A stretch of DNA of 36,969 nucleotides from a virus. The position numbers were made by a program, and so were the translations under genes. Under the pieces are notes generated by a model. It was not told the origin of the DNA and made no database searches. It saw only the letters and a program-made list of their open reading frames with translations. Shown one piece after another: positions 16,712-24,328 of the stretch (positions are counted from its first letter, which is position 1; each line of letters opens with the position of its first letter). The stretch spans positions 1-36,969 of IMG/VR virus record IMGVR_UViG_3300040770_000189; one strand, given 5' to 3'.

Positions 16712-16721
16712 TTTGTTTCAA

Positions 16722-16746
16722 TTTATAAAAGCGCCCGAAGGCGCTG
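16722..16746 (-). terminator. rho-independent terminator (stem-loop copy 1 of 2)
   Basis: In minus sense AGCGCC-UUCG-GGCGCU is followed by UUUUAUAAAU. It lies 5 nt after the stop at 16752. Confidence 0.6.
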
Positions 16747-16751
16747 AATTA

Positions 16752-17009
16752 TTATTTAGTAAATAGACTTATTTTTTGCTTTATTCCTTGTAATTTGTCG
16801 TAAGAATCGAATTTATAGCCTTCGTGGTTCCAATGATAGGCTCCGGCCTGTTTTGTTGTTCTATGAATCATATTAAGGCCTTTTATCTCTAAATAATCGC
16901 CTTCATTTTTAAGTAATTTAATTGTTTTTTCTTGTGCTTTTGTAAGGTTTTCAGCTTTTACAGTTTCTGTTAGTCCTGTTGATGTCTTAATTGTAAATGT
17001 AATTTCCAT
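16752..17009 (-). CDS. hypothetical protein (85 aa; start moved to the Met at 17009)
   Basis: The track ORF's first 37 codons run over a promoter-like gap. The ATG at 17009 lies 31 nt downstream of a TATATTTG box. Confidence 0.5.
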   Translation of the reverse strand: MEITFTIKTSTGLTETVKAENLTKAQEKTIKLLKNEGDYLEIKGLNMIHRTTKQAGAYHWNHEGYKFDSYDKLQGIKQKISLFTK

Positions 17010-17040
17010 TTTATAAGCGTTTTTGTTGTTATTAGTTATG

Positions 17041-17048
17041 CAAATATA
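17041..17048 (-). promoter_or_regulatory. Bacteroidota-type -7 box TATATTTG
   Basis: Exact TAnnTTTG on the minus strand, between the stop at 17095 and the ATG at 17009. Confidence 0.4.
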
Positions 17049-17094
17049 ATAATCTTTTTCACTTTGTAAAATAAAATTGCAATTTTTTTTTACA

Positions 17095-17505
17095 TTAAAA
17101 AGGACAATCGAAATTTTCACCGCTAAAACCCGCGCCTTTGCTGGCGTTTTGTCTATTTGTTAAAATTGCCATATTCCAAATATGGTAACCGTGTATATTA
17201 CATCGCCGGTCAATTGTAGCGTTTTGACCGCGACGGCCTTTTTTTACTATGTACTGATTTATTTCGCAAAATCTTCTGAATTCTTCAAGGGTTACAGAAT
17301 TTTCTATATTTCTATTTCTTGCATTCGCTTTAAATTGTGTGTACCTAACTCCAACAGGGTCTTCTTTTCTTCTTTTTCTTTGATAATGCTTATGACATAA
17401 CCCGCCCAATTTTGCGACGGGTTTATTATTACAGCCATTAGCACAACAGAAACGTCCGGCTTCTTTTTTATTCTGACTTAATACCATAGCCAAGGAATCT
17501 TTCAA
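17095..17505 (-). CDS. HNH/Endo VII-superfamily nuclease-like protein with an N-terminal zinc-ribbon-like motif
   Basis: CCANGCNNKPVAKLGGLCHKHYQRKRR (GLCxxHYxR pattern), then ATIDRRCNIHGYHIWNMAILTNRQNASKG (sIDR....GY...N.....N..K). Confidence 0.45.
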   Translation of the reverse strand: MKDSLAMVLSQNKKEAGRFCCANGCNNKPVAKLGGLCHKHYQRKRRKEDPVGVRYTQFKANARNRNIENSVTLEEFRRFCEINQYIVKKGRRGQNATIDRRCNIHGYHIWNMAILTNRQNASKGAGFSGENFDCPF

Positions 17506-17830
17506 TATTAATTGAATCTATGAACCAAGCGCCTGTTTTTCTTTCTTCGAAAGCTTTCTTTTTTTCGTACAAGTAATTTAAGCAAGATAATAAAACGGCT
17601 TTGTCTTCTTTTATTTGGTTTAAATTTCCTTGAAACACCATTTTCCGCGCTACATAATGAGTTTTAAATATCTTAGGTGAATTACCTTTTTTTGTTGTCT
17701 TAAAAAGCTTTATTTCGCCAAAAAAAATCGGGTCGCCTTTTTTTCCTTGGTTTTCTATAGCTTCCAAGTAAATTAATTCTGAAGCCGTTTTTAAAATTGG
17801 TGTTTTTTGTGTTTCGTTTATTGGTTCCAT
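17468..17830 (-). CDS. hypothetical protein (120 aa)
   Basis: ORF in operon context. No motif recognised. Confidence 0.45.
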   Translation of the reverse strand: MEPINETQKTPILKTASELIYLEAIENQGKKGDPIFFGEIKLFKTTKKGNSPKIFKTHYVARKMVFQGNLNQIKEDKAVLLSCLNYLYEKKKAFEERKTGAWFIDSINIERFLGYGIKSE

Positions 17831-18030
17831 TATCTGTTATAAGTTTTAATTCCTAATATTAGAGGTAAAGATATAGGCGAAATTATAATAACAAAAAGGT
17901 CAATAATAAAATCCTGTTTATCGTATTGCGAAAATACGCCTTCTCTTTTGTTTGTTATAAAGTTCCCAATAGTTCCGCCTACAATAAAAAAATAAGAAAA
18001 TGCTATGTATAATTTTATGTAATTTTCCAT
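17830..18030 (-). CDS. small membrane protein (66 aa, two hydrophobic segments)
   Basis: Hydrophobic segments IAFSYFFIVGGTIGNFI and IIDLFVIIISPISLPLILGI. Confidence 0.45.
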   Translation of the reverse strand: MENYIKLYIAFSYFFIVGGTIGNFITNKREGVFSQYDKQDFIIDLFVIIISPISLPLILGIKTYNR

Positions 18031-18034
18031 TTTA

Positions 18035-18784
18035 TTAGTGTTTTACGATTTTACTTTTGTCAACAGGTTCTTCCATTCTGAAAGCTTTGAAAACGTTAAG
18101 CAATGCAAAAACATCTTTTTCGCAATATGTCGCGATCCTGTGCGTTTCTCCATCGTGAAAAGCTTTTGAGACTAAAGAACCGTTAAGGTCGTCTTTTGGT
18201 GTTTCAATTCCAAAAGCCATACAAATGGCTGGTAATCCAGCCGAACCCGTTCCGCCTAGCTTCCATATTTCGTGAGTGTCAAGGTTTGTATTTTCCCAAG
18301 GCTTCAGTCCGGCGGTGTCTAAAATTGACGGAATAACTATTCTATTTATAAGCATTCTTTTAGCAATATAAGGAAAATCAAAACCTTTTCCGTAATGGGC
18401 GCAAAGCTTCGCTAATGCGACCGAAGAACAAAAAGCTTCTAGGTCTGTTTTGAACATTTTTAAAAGATCGCCTTCGTTGTTTACCGCATAAGAACGAATT
18501 AAAAATTGTCCTTGGTACATAAACCCGACCGAAATACAAACGACGCGCGAAAATTCAGGATAAAGGCCGGCTTCTTTTTGCCAAAGTTCAGCAAAGTAAT
18601 CATAATAATTTTTTACGCTTTCACCGGCTTTTGGTTCGTTAGGCGCTTCGCTTCTAAATTTGAATTTATAAATCCATTCGCTTTGCACGTTTTTAGGCGC
18701 TTGGTAAAGTTCCAGCCAATTCGGCGCGGTTTCAATATCTAAGAAAAGGACGGTTTCAATTTTTACTTCATTTAAGATTTTCAT
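18035..18784 (-). CDS. 3'-5' exonuclease (DnaQ fold, PolB-exonuclease-like)
   Basis: Exo I FLDIETAP, Exo II HYGKGFDFPYIAKRM, Exo III YCEKDVFALLNVF. Confidence 0.75.
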   Translation of the reverse strand: MKILNEVKIETVLFLDIETAPNWLELYQAPKNVQSEWIYKFKFRSEAPNEPKAGESVKNYYDYFAELWQKEAGLYPEFSRVVCISVGFMYQGQFLIRSYAVNNEGDLLKMFKTDLEAFCSSVALAKLCAHYGKGFDFPYIAKRMLINRIVIPSILDTAGLKPWENTNLDTHEIWKLGGTGSAGLPAICMAFGIETPKDDLNGSLVSKAFHDGETHRIATYCEKDVFALLNVFKAFRMEEPVDKSKIVKH

Positions 18785-18785
18785 A

Positions 18786-19052
18786 TTATTTTGATTTAGT
18801 TAATTGAATTGAATAGAATTTAAAGTTGTAATTTTTAGCTATTGAATTTAATAATTTTTCTACCTCTTTGTTTTTGAATCCAGCTGTATAAATTATAGTT
18901 TCGTAAAAAGGCGCTTCTTTAATTATCTTCTCTTTTATTTCGTGAATGTTTTTAATTTCGTTAAAATTAATTTCTAACCCTTTACGAATTAAATTGCAAA
19001 GCGTTGATTTTCCTGAACCCTGTTTGCCTGTTAAATAGATTATTGTATTCAT
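18786..19052 (-). CDS. mini P-loop protein (88 aa, Walker A only)
   Basis: IIYLTGKQGSGKSTL at the N-terminus. No clear Walker B seen. Confidence 0.5.
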   Translation of the reverse strand: MNTIIYLTGKQGSGKSTLCNLIRKGLEINFNEIKNIHEIKEKIIKEAPFYETIIYTAGFKNKEVEKLLNSIAKNYNFKFYSIQLTKSK

Positions 19053-19348
19053 TTTACTCTAGTTATTGAATTATCAATTTTTTGCGCCTTCAAAAACCAT
19101 AAAGGCGCCGAAACTATTATTTCAGTTGCAAACCCTTCTGTTAATTTTTCAAAACTTGCGATTTTAAAAGGGAACCAAGCTGAATAAGAATAAGAACCTA
19201 AAGCCAAACCTTTGACAGCAAGACAGCAAAAAGCTTTTTCAGTTTGGGCATAATGTGAAGCATAAAATTTTATTATTTCGTTTGGGTTCTCTTTCGTGCT
19301 ACATTCGCAAGCTTCGCAAGTTCCAGCGCAATTTTCATTTTTTTTCAT
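19049..19348 (-). CDS. hypothetical Cys-rich protein (99 aa)
   Basis: N-terminal CAGTCEACEC. ATGA-type coupling with its neighbours. Confidence 0.45.
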   Translation of the reverse strand: MKKNENCAGTCEACECSTKENPNEIIKFYASHYAQTEKAFCCLAVKGLALGSYSYSAWFPFKIASFEKLTEGFATEIIVSAPLWFLKAQKIDNSITRVK

Positions 19349-19349
19349 T

Positions 19350-20840
19350 TTATTTTTGTTTTAGATTATACATTTTTTCCATTTTTTCAACCCATAATTC
19401 AGGGTGTTTGTAATTTTTTAAAATAGCATAATCAGAAAGTTTTAAATTCTGATTTAGCGCAATTAGTCTAATTATCCAGCCTTGTTTATAGCCTTTTATT
19501 TCTCTTACTTGTTCTAGTTGTTCAAGTGTCAAGTCGCCCCAAGCTTGGCCAATCATTTCAGGCGGTAAAAGATTATAATTTTGTACTTCCATAAATTCGC
19601 CTTCAGCAAGTGATTTTTCCTTTTTTGGGAATACATAACCGCAATGCTTGCATTTAGGCGCCGGCGCTGGAATCATACAGCCACAACCTTGTTTAAAATT
19701 AACGTCAACTTTGTCTTCAGGGCATTCTTTAACCGGTGCAATACCTATTTTTTCACTTTTTTTATGTGAAAGTTTCCAAGTTCGTTCTTGTTCCCAAAAA
19801 CCAAGCGCGTAAACATTTCCGCCCATATCTAAAATATTGAAGTGTTCCTTTTGTAATTTTCCAGCAACGCCTATTAATTCACTTGGAGTTATTCGCCCAC
19901 CCCTACCGCACATTTGAAGCCAAAGAGGTAAAGAAAGCGTTACGCGGTTAACTATTACGGTTTCTATTGTCCATTCGTCAAAGCCTGTAGTCGCAATGTC
20001 AACGTTGCAAAGAATCTGAAAAAGGCCAAGTTTAAAAGCTTTAAAAATTTCGTCACGCTGTCTTTTTGGTGTGGTTCCGTCTACGTGTACGGCTGAAATT
20101 CCGGCTTCATTAAAAGCGCGCGTTACATTTTTGGAATGCTCTACATTTACATTAAAACAAATTGCTTTTGTGCTAGGTGTAAATCTTTTGTATTTTTCAA
20201 CAACACCGTCATAAAGCTTTTTTTTGTCAAACATATCAAACATTTTTTTATTATCGTATTCATTCCCTTTTATGGCTAATTTTGAAGCGTCTACTTTTAC
20301 CGAATACGTAACGGCCGGAACAAGGAAGCCTTCTTTTATTAATTCGCCAATAGTAATCGTTTCAACTATATCGTCATAAATATCTTCCAGCTGGGTCATT
20401 TTTCCCGTTCTTGCTGGCGTGGCCGTTGCTCCTATTATGAAAACGCCGGCTTCTTTGTAAGTTTTAATAACAGGGTCAAAAATTTGCTTGTGACATTCGT
20501 CAATAATAAGAAGATTAATTTCAGGAAAAACACGGCGCTTTAAAGTCTGAACCGTTGCAACGTAACAAGAAGCGTTTCTTTTCATAGAACGTCCGGCCGT
20601 AATTATCGCCGGATTTAGACCATAATCAACTAATTTATTTTTCGCCTGTTCTAACAGTTCAGTTCTGTCAACTGCTATCATAACGACAAAACCATTGTCG
20701 ACGCTTTCGCGTGCAATGTCTGCAAAGGTCACCGTTTTACCCGAACCCGTAGGCGAACACAAAACAACGGCTTTTAAATCGTTAGAAAAAGAATTTCTTA
20801 TTTGTATTTTTGCCTTTACTTGGTAGTGTCTTAATTTCAT
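19350..20840 (-). CDS. SF2 DEAD/DEAH-box helicase with a C-terminal zinc ribbon
   Basis: Motif I CSPTGSGKT, motif II LLIIDECH, motif III GATATP, motif VI QMCGRGGR, then CPEDK..GCGC..CKHCGY. The start is moved to the Met at 20840, which is ATGA-coupled to the upstream gene. Confidence 0.8.
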   Translation of the reverse strand: MKLRHYQVKAKIQIRNSFSNDLKAVVLCSPTGSGKTVTFADIARESVDNGFVVMIAVDRTELLEQAKNKLVDYGLNPAIITAGRSMKRNASCYVATVQTLKRRVFPEINLLIIDECHKQIFDPVIKTYKEAGVFIIGATATPARTGKMTQLEDIYDDIVETITIGELIKEGFLVPAVTYSVKVDASKLAIKGNEYDNKKMFDMFDKKKLYDGVVEKYKRFTPSTKAICFNVNVEHSKNVTRAFNEAGISAVHVDGTTPKRQRDEIFKAFKLGLFQILCNVDIATTGFDEWTIETVIVNRVTLSLPLWLQMCGRGGRITPSELIGVAGKLQKEHFNILDMGGNVYALGFWEQERTWKLSHKKSEKIGIAPVKECPEDKVDVNFKQGCGCMIPAPAPKCKHCGYVFPKKEKSLAEGEFMEVQNYNLLPPEMIGQAWGDLTLEQLEQVREIKGYKQGWIIRLIALNQNLKLSDYAILKNYKHPELWVEKMEKMYNLKQK

Positions 20841-21040
20841 TTTTTTGGAAATATTAAAGTATAGAAAGAAACTAAAACACCAATAAAACCCGAAAATATA
20901 CAAATGATAAAAATTCTCTTTTTAAATCTTTTTGGCGTTCTTAAATCTTTTAATTTTAGTTCTATTAGAAAAACTAAATAATTTCCAATTCCCGACAAGA
21001 CCCAAAACAGTAATAATAATAAATAATTGAAATACTCCAT
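20837..21040 (-). CDS. small membrane protein (67 aa), first gene of the leftward operon
   Basis: MEYFNYLLLLLFWVLSGIGNYLVFLI...IFIICIFSGFIGVLVSFYTLIF. The start at 21040 lies 23 nt downstream of a TATATTTG box. Confidence 0.45.
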   Translation of the reverse strand: MEYFNYLLLLLFWVLSGIGNYLVFLIELKLKDLRTPKRFKKRIFIICIFSGFIGVLVSFYTLIFPKK

Positions 21041-21063
21041 AATATATTTTTTTTTGTTCACTG

Positions 21064-21071
21064 CAAATATA
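21064..21071 (-). promoter_or_regulatory. leftward -7 box TATATTTG
   Basis: Exact TAnnTTTG on the minus strand in the 119-bp divergent gap. Confidence 0.45.
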
Positions 21072-21117
21072 TGTAAAAAATAATTGCAAAAAAATTTTAA
21101 AATAACAAATTTAATTA

Positions 21118-21125
21118 TATCTTTG
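21118..21125 (+). promoter_or_regulatory. rightward -7 box TATCTTTG
   Basis: Exact TAnnTTTG on the plus strand, 34 nt upstream of the ATG at 21160. Confidence 0.45.
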
Positions 21126-21159
21126 CCCTCAACAACAACAAGCAAGAAAAATAAAAGTG

Positions 21160-21438
21160 ATGAAAAAGACCTATTTAATTGACGGTAAAATAAAACAAGA
21201 AAAAATCGAACAAAGTAAGATAAAAGAAGTCAATCAAAATTTTGTAATACGTTATAAATTTGACGGTGACAAAAAAACCTCTCTTATTGGAGCCGGTAAA
21301 TATGTCGTTCTTTTAGAGAATTCTAAAGACCCTGTTGAATTGGCAATTCGTCATTTTGAACGCGCCCTTAATTCGCCCGAAGCCAAAACAATAATTCGTT
21401 TAAGAGGTGGCTTAACTGTAAATTTTTGCTCAAAATAA
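21160..21438 (+). CDS. hypothetical protein (92 aa)
   Basis: First ORF of the rightward operon. The ATG at 21160 is preferred over the GTG at 21157. Confidence 0.5.
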   Translation: MKKTYLIDGKIKQEKIEQSKIKEVNQNFVIRYKFDGDKKTSLIGAGKYVVLLENSKDPVELAIRHFERALNSPEAKTIIRLRGGLTVNFCSK

Positions 21439-21456
21439 CTATAAAAATAAAATGAA

Positions 21457-21723
21457 ATGAAGAAAATTAAGAAGCCAACGGCTGAAGAAAAAAAGCGAAT
21501 ACCTACAGACGACAGTTTAAAAATTCGTATTATTAATGCAAAAGCGCTTTTGCCAAAAAGCGGTATAACTTCGCTTTTGATCTTTCAATTTCCTGAACTT
21601 GATACAGTAAAAAAAAGGTCTTTAATGTCTAACGTTTTGCAATTGAGAGCCACTGACAAAGACATAACTGAGAAGCTTGAAGCCTTAGTTAAAACATTGA
21701 GTACTAAGAAATTAACAAATTAA
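21457..21723 (+). CDS. hypothetical protein (88 aa)
   Basis: ORF in operon context. No motif recognised. Confidence 0.5.
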   Translation: MKKIKKPTAEEKKRIPTDDSLKIRIINAKALLPKSGITSLLIFQFPELDTVKKRSLMSNVLQLRATDKDITEKLEALVKTLSTKKLTN

Positions 21724-21741
21724 CAATTAAATATTTATATT

Positions 21742-22404
21742 ATGAGTGATTTTATCCCACAGGGTTACACACAGCCGACAAGCGCCGGCGGGTTTACTAA
21801 ATTAGAAACAGGAGATAACAAGATTAGAATTCTTTCTTCACCTTTGCTTATGTGGCTGGAATGGAGAGACGGAAAGCCAAAACGCCACGTTTACAAGCAA
21901 GGCGACCCAGCACCGAAAAAAGGCGAAGGACAAAAAGACAGTGTTAAACACGCTTGGGGTTTAATAATTTGGAATTACAAGACTGAAAAAATTGAAGTTT
22001 GTGAACTTGACAAAGCTGGCGTTATAGCAATGATTTTGTCATTGTCTGAAAAACCGGCTTGGGGTCACCCTAAGAATTACGATATAGTAATTACAAAAAA
22101 AGGGTCGGGAATGGACACGGAATATATTACAGCACCGGAACCGCCAAGCGCCGTTTCCGACGTAATTATTGAAGCTTACACCGAAAACCCTGTTGACTTG
22201 TCACAGTTATTTAATGAGGGCGGAAATCCCTTTTTGTCTAAAGCTACGGCTGGAAATCCATCAAACCCAAACACCCTACCAGCACAATCAAGCGCCAAGG
22301 TCGTGACGCCTGAAAATTGGGTTGCTGGCGATCTTATTCCGGCGGGTTATGAAATAAACCCTATTGGGGGCGGTGATATTGTAAAGAAAAAACTACCTTT
22401 TTAA
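21742..22404 (+). CDS. putative single-stranded DNA-binding protein
   Basis: GFTKLETGDNKIRIL...WGLIIWNY..EKIEVCEL...YDIVITKKGSGMDTEY resembles phage OB-fold SSBs. It has a flexible Pro/Ser/Asn-rich tail ending in KKLPF (compare the bacterial SSB tip IPF). Confidence 0.4.
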   Translation: MSDFIPQGYTQPTSAGGFTKLETGDNKIRILSSPLLMWLEWRDGKPKRHVYKQGDPAPKKGEGQKDSVKHAWGLIIWNYKTEKIEVCELDKAGVIAMILSLSEKPAWGHPKNYDIVITKKGSGMDTEYITAPEPPSAVSDVIIEAYTENPVDLSQLFNEGGNPFLSKATAGNPSNPNTLPAQSSAKVVTPENWVAGDLIPAGYEINPIGGGDIVKKKLPF

Positions 22405-22415
22405 TAACTAATAAG

Positions 22416-22441
22416 GGCGCGCGTAAAAACCGCGCCTTTTT
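22416..22441 (+). terminator. rho-independent terminator
   Basis: Stem GGCGCG, 9-nt loop, CGCGCC, followed by T5. Confidence 0.7.
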
Positions 22442-22462
22442 ATAAATCTAAATCAAAAAGAA

Positions 22463-22666
22463 ATGTCGAATAAAATTACTGTTAATGATTTTTTTATACT
22501 GTTGGTTATTTTTTTAACAGTATTGTTTTTTGCTTTAAAAATAACTGAAAAAATATATTGTTCTTGGTGGCTTATTTTATGCCCTTTATTAATCCCAAGC
22601 TGTTTTTACTTTTTTGTTTTTATTTTAGCTTTTATATATCTATATTCTAAATCTAAAACAAAGTAA
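22463..22666 (+). CDS. small membrane protein (67 aa, two TM segments)
   Basis: Hydrophobic segments FFILLVIFLTVLFFAL and CSWWLILCPLLIPSCFYFFVFILAFIYLY. Confidence 0.45.
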   Translation: MSNKITVNDFFILLVIFLTVLFFALKITEKIYCSWWLILCPLLIPSCFYFFVFILAFIYLYSKSKTK

Positions 22667-22668
22667 TT

Positions 22669-22860
22669 ATGTATGCAGTTATTAAATTGACCGGAAAATT
22701 TTACGCCAAGGACGTGACGGAACTTGATGAATTTGAAATTATAGAATACGTTGAATCTTTTATTAATGAAGGAAGTCCCGTGACTTTTTGCGACGAATTG
22801 CAAGACGCTGAAGAACTTTTTGGCGTTAGTATTGAACTTATTGAAAAAGAAAATAACTAA
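22669..22860 (+). CDS. small strongly acidic protein (63 aa)
   Basis: 16 Asp/Glu versus 4 Lys/Arg by count. Confidence 0.5.
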   Translation: MYAVIKLTGKFYAKDVTELDEFEIIEYVESFINEGSPVTFCDELQDAEELFGVSIELIEKENN

Positions 22861-22878
22861 TTTAAAAATAAATTAAAA

Positions 22879-24153
22879 ATGGCAAAGGAAACACAAATTA
22901 AGAGAATAAAAATACAAAATTTTAAAGGTTTAAAAGCTTTTGAAGGCGAAATTTTAGGAAAAGACGTTTATTTAACAGGCCGAAACGCCAGCGGAAAAAC
23001 TTCTTTTATTGACGCTGTTTGGCTGGCTTTGACAGGTAAAAATATACCACCTAAGCCGGTAACAACAGGCGCTAAAAAAGGCGTTATTGAAGTTGAACTT
23101 TCAGACGGTTACATTGTTAGGACAAAATTAGCCGTAGGAAAAACACCTGTTCAATTTGAAATTGAAAATTTAAACGCTGTTGACGAAAAAGACAAATTTG
23201 TAAAAGCGCCCCGAACTTGGTTAAATGAAAGAATAGGCGTTATTGACTTTGATGTAAACGATTTTTTTAAAATGTCTGACGCTAAACAAGTGGAATATTT
23301 TTGCAAGATAACAGGCGTTGACGTTTACGAACAGGATCAGCAAATTGAAGAACTTACAGACAGCCGAAAATTTGATAAAAAGAAACTTATTGAGTTTCAA
23401 ACGCAAACCGGTTTTTTTGACCCTGAAGACGCTGAAAAAGATTTAATAGACATTGTTTCTTTGTCTAGCGAAATAAGTTCTTTAAAAGAATCTGAGCGCG
23501 TAAAAATGGAAACTTGGGACAAAGTGACTGACGGAGTATCTACGCGAGAAACTACTATTAAAGCGCTAAAAGCCGAAATTGAGGCCAAACTTAGTCAAAT
23601 AGAATCTATTGAGGTAGAAATTAAAAGTGGTTATGATTGGCTTAAAGACGAAAATAATAAACCAATTCCGAATAATAATCTTCAAGAAAAAGAAGCTTTA
23701 TTTCAAAATAGCAAGGTTATCAATGAAAGAATAGCCTTGGCCAAAACTTACAAGGAAGCCGACGACAGAATTGAAAAGTTAGAAAACGCAATATCTGAAG
23801 CAACTGAAGGAATAACCGCCCACAAGGACGCAAAAGCCGTTATAATTTCGGAAAAGATAAATATTGAAGGCTTATCTTATGATGTTGAAAATGAATGTTT
23901 TTTATTTAACGGCCTACCATTTGATAGAACACAAATAAACACCGCTTCGCAATTAATAGCCGGCCTTAAAATAGGCGCTTCACTTCTTAATGAAGTTAGA
24001 ATTTTAAAAATAGACGCTTCTTTAATAGACAAAGAAAACTTTGCAAAAGTACAAGAGTGGTCAAATTCTGAGGGTATAGAATTATTTGTTGAACTTGTTG
24101 ACCGCGAAGCGGGCGCTTTAAAGATTGAAATTGAAGAAAATATAAATGATTAG
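22879..24153 (+). CDS. SMC/Rad50/SbcC-like ATPase with a coiled-coil insert (424 aa)
   Basis: N-terminus IKRIKIQNFKGLKAFEGEILGKDVYLTGRNASGKTSFIDAVWLALTG (Walker A), a central coiled coil, a signature-like NTASQLIAGLKIG, and a Walker B-like RILKIDASLID. Confidence 0.65.
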   Translation: MAKETQIKRIKIQNFKGLKAFEGEILGKDVYLTGRNASGKTSFIDAVWLALTGKNIPPKPVTTGAKKGVIEVELSDGYIVRTKLAVGKTPVQFEIENLNAVDEKDKFVKAPRTWLNERIGVIDFDVNDFFKMSDAKQVEYFCKITGVDVYEQDQQIEELTDSRKFDKKKLIEFQTQTGFFDPEDAEKDLIDIVSLSSEISSLKESERVKMETWDKVTDGVSTRETTIKALKAEIEAKLSQIESIEVEIKSGYDWLKDENNKPIPNNNLQEKEALFQNSKVINERIALAKTYKEADDRIEKLENAISEATEGITAHKDAKAVIISEKINIEGLSYDVENECFLFNGLPFDRTQINTASQLIAGLKIGASLLNEVRILKIDASLIDKENFAKVQEWSNSEGIELFVELVDREAGALKIEIEENIND

Positions 24154-24328
24154 TAATGAAAAAACCGCGCTCGATGAACTTATTCGTCAGCGCGGTTCTT
24201 ATTTGGCTTTCTTGCCATTTTTGCACGTCGAAAAAGACCGCGAAAAACTTCTAAAAGAAATAAAAAATTTAACCAATCAAATAACTAAAAAGACAAATGA
24301 AAAACTTGGAAACTTCAACGCCGATTGA
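24146..24328 (+). CDS. hypothetical protein (60 aa)
   Basis: Overlaps the ATPase stop by 8 nt. No motif recognised. Confidence 0.4.
   Translation: MISNEKTALDELIRQRGSYLAFLPFLHVEKDREKLLKEIKNLTNQITKKTNEKLGNFNAD

Noticed and set aside
16701-16720. Perfect 10-bp tandem duplication TTTTGTTTCA x2 spanning the start codon of the Topo VI-A-like gene.
   Set aside because: It is very short and low-complexity. The upstream copy gives only an out-of-frame TTG. It is probably a trivial duplication with no evident structure.
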